Below are positions 61,151-64,000 of a stretch of 64,000 bases of DNA, piece after piece; the first letter of the stretch is position 1, and each line of letters begins with the position of its first letter. The stretch covers positions 620,001-684,000 of the forward strand of contig MU054391.1 of the NCBI GenBank assembly GCA_013239625.1, given 5' to 3'. Source of the DNA: Lama guanicoe (lineage: Eukaryota). The notes beneath the pieces are model-generated. The model did no database searches. It saw nothing but the letters and a program-made list of their open reading frames with translations, and was not told the origin of the DNA. Position numbers and translations under genes: made by a program.

Positions 61151-64000
61151 CTCGTGCCAAGCTCGCTTCGCGTGGCACCGAGCGCCTGGGGTCCGTGCTG
61201 GTCCAGGGACTGGGGACAAGGCCAAGCACCGGGTGCTGCTGGGGAGCGACCCCACTCCAGAGTGCAGTTCTGAAGTGGAGACTCAGAGGCCCTTTGGAAA
61301 CGTCTCTGAGCGTGGACGCGACAGGCCACAGAATCTAGACCCCGTGCAGTGAATGGTTAACGTGCCTGCCCAGCGCGCCCGCCAGGGGCCCCAGACGTCT
61401 GGCAGCACCCGCGCACCAGGAATTCCAGGGCGGGCTCCAGGCACACGCCGCTAGGGCTTCAGGAGGAGACAGCAGGAGACGGGAGGCCCAGGGCTTCATC
61501 AGGACATCCACCCAACAGGGACCTCCTCCAGGAGAACATCGCTGCTGAAAATGGCTACATTAGTAGGAGTTCCCGGTGGGCAGGGGCTGTCAAAAGACCT
61601 GGCGGTGTGACTGTCCGCGGCGAGAACAGGAAATTCCAGCGCGTGCGGGGACGCGCTGCTCAGATGCCTGCTCACAGCCGGGTGGGCCGCGAACCGGGAA
61701 CAAAGGGCCCCGCCGTGAAGGGCCTGTGACCGCTCCCCTCCCAGGGACACACGTCCAGGTGCCGACAGCCGTTTGCAGCGGGTTTCGCTGTCACGATGCC
61801 TTGTTCGCCTCACTGGTTTCCGTTTCACCTGTGCCGTCGCGATGCTCCCAGTAACAATGCGCAGCGCGCCGCACGGCACACAGACGCCGCCCTCCACGTG
61901 CGGACGCCGTGGAGTGTCCAGCTGGCTCTGGGTGTTGGACAGGGTCTGCAGACATTGACAAACCGGCACTAACACCCAGAGGACATGCCACACGCGCGGG
62001 AGCAGCCAGTTTTGTGTCTGCTTCCTGGGGAATTAGGGTTTCAAGAGGGGCCCGGGCGGATGTGTTGGGGGCACAGGGTGTCCTCTGGCCCCCAAGGAAT
62101 TCCCACCTCTGATTATTCATCCAATCTGCTCCTAACTCAGTGTGACCGGGTGTCCTTGAGGCCCCTTCTCAGTCCAGGATACGAATTTGGAGATTTTCCC
62201 CCAAATATCCTGTTTCTCCCAAAATATGTTCTGTGTCAAAAGCACACCCTGAGCCTTGCAGAGAGGGCAGCACAGGGCAGAAGCCTCTGTGCTCAGCCGT
62301 CGGGGCCTTCAGGGCAGACGGGGCCTCTCCCAGCTGTCAGTGTTAATTAGCAGGGGGCTGTGGGTAAGACAGCAGAGTCAGCAGGCATTGAAACCAATCA
62401 CTTTGTTTCTTCTGCTTGTGTCCCACTCAGTGAAGGGCGTTTTGACAGCATCATGGTGAGTTAGGCCTTTGTGAGCGTCTGGGGTCCTGGTGGTCAGCTA
62501 CCACCAGATTGCTGGCATCTCTCCCCTGCCAGCAAGGGAGACCCAGGGGCTCCTGCAGTGGTCCTGGTAAGGGCTTCAGGAGGGCAGCGGGGTGTGGCTG
62601 GGGGTCTGTGCGATGTCCAGGGCGGAGTTCAGACCTGGGCTGGCAAAGGTGGGAGCCCCCAGCCACATGTGGGGGTCACATTTCAACTGTATCAACTGAA
62701 ATCAAGCCTCTTTAAACCGTCAGCCCCGGGCTGGCCATGGGGGCTGAGCTTCAGCCTCGGACGTGCGGTGACCAGGGGGCTGCACAGAGGACCGTGGTGC
62801 CCAGCACGTGCTCTGTGACAGGGCAGGACAGGGCGGGGCTGCCGGGAGGCCCCCAAGGGGTGTCTCCAGAGGAAGCAACCTGCCCCCTGGGGCCCGAGCG
62901 TTTTCTAGTTTGGAGGGAGGGTCTGCCCACAGAGGGAGTTCAAGGAGGAGCTGACAGCAGTGGGCGGACGTGGTAAACCGGTCCTCACGTCCAAGCCTCT
63001 GACCAAGTACAGTGCAGGCGTGGTGGCCTCGCGGGCACTCTCGGCGGCCTGTGGGGTCCCTGGGGTGTCTCACCCCGTCTCGCTAGCGTCACGGGGGCTG
63101 ACGATGCACCAGGTGACACCGTCTGCGGGGCCAGCACGCAGGGCTCCGGCCTCTCGGTTCTCAGGGTGTTTCCTCCGACTCCTCGCTGCTCAGAGGGGAC
63201 AGGACGGAGGACGAGGCAGGGCAGGGGCAGGCCTGGACAGAAGGCCGCAGGAGCAGGGCCAGCGCCCAGGGAGGACGCCGAGCCGGGAGGGGTGACCTCA
63301 CAACGCAGTCTCAGGGCAGGCGCTGCCTCCAAGCACAGCTGGGCGGGGACACACCGTCGGAGACAGTCCCGTTCCAGCATTTCTCAGACAGGAACAGGGC
63401 CAGAGCAGGAGGGTCACAACACACGTCCCCAGGACAGTGTGGGCAGGAAGGAGCCGGGAAGCAGGAGGTCCTCGCTGTCCGCTCAGGGGCATAGGGAAGC
63501 AACTCCCAGCTGCCTGGGTCTCCCGTGAGCGCGCCGGGCGGGCGAGGAGGGTGCTCCCCCCTCATCGAGGGGGCTCCTCTCTGTCCCTCACGTTTCTGAG
63601 GCCCCCGTGACTGGACTGCAGGGTTGGGGAGGCCAGGCCACAGGAGGCGCCCCCCCGAATGCCGTCCTGGTGGGGGGGGGCTGGGGTCAGTGAGGGACTC
63701 GTGAGTGGGAGTCAGCGCTTCTCAGTGATGCATTTCTGTTTTCCTCTTAATTTCACCACTGGTTTTGCTAGAACCAGAGCATTTATGCCTTAGGAAGCCA
63801 TTGCTAGAGCTGAAAGCAGAAAGAGGCTTTGAGTTTCAAAGGCTTCGAGACTGGGAGCTGCCAGAGGCAGAAGGAAGTCAGAGCACAGGCCGTGGGTGTG
63901 GAAGGAGAGTCCCTGGAAGGGGAAGGAAGAGCACAGAGAGCCGAGAGCTGCTGGTCCGAGAGGAGGCCCCCGACACGCTGGGGGTGACAGGCCCCCCGCC

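Overview
This is GC-rich (about 60% by eye) mammalian DNA, very probably camelid, judging from two tRNA-derived Vic-1-type SINEs. It covers the PXDN-MYT1L junction (syntenic with human 2p25.3), and both genes are on the minus strand. Left part: PXDN (peroxidasin) coding exons 1-9 at 35244->378, comprising the signal peptide/LRR N-cap, five 72-bp LRR exons, the LRR C-cap and the first Ig domain, with a CpG-island promoter at ~34.3-35.5 kb; the gene continues beyond position 1. Right part: the last four coding exons of MYT1L (59248->49326) and its ~2.6-kb 3'UTR, interrupted by two assembly gaps. All 13 exons have canonical GT-AG boundaries and join in frame. The rest is intron or intergenic DNA with decayed MLT1/MLT2/ERV1 LTRs, MER58/MER5A/MER82 DNA transposons, MIR and L1 fragments, a 60-bp minisatellite and simple repeats. 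I found no evidence of a wholly new biological system. The best leads are: a pervasive AT->GC substitution bias that appears to reach the constrained MYT1L protein; a candidate in-frame cassette exon in PXDN intron 6; a tandem splice donor in MYT1L; a minisatellite next to a PXDN acceptor; and clustered miRNA seed sites in the MYT1L 3'UTR. Comparisons with human proteins and repeat consensuses are from memory and need alignment to confirm.
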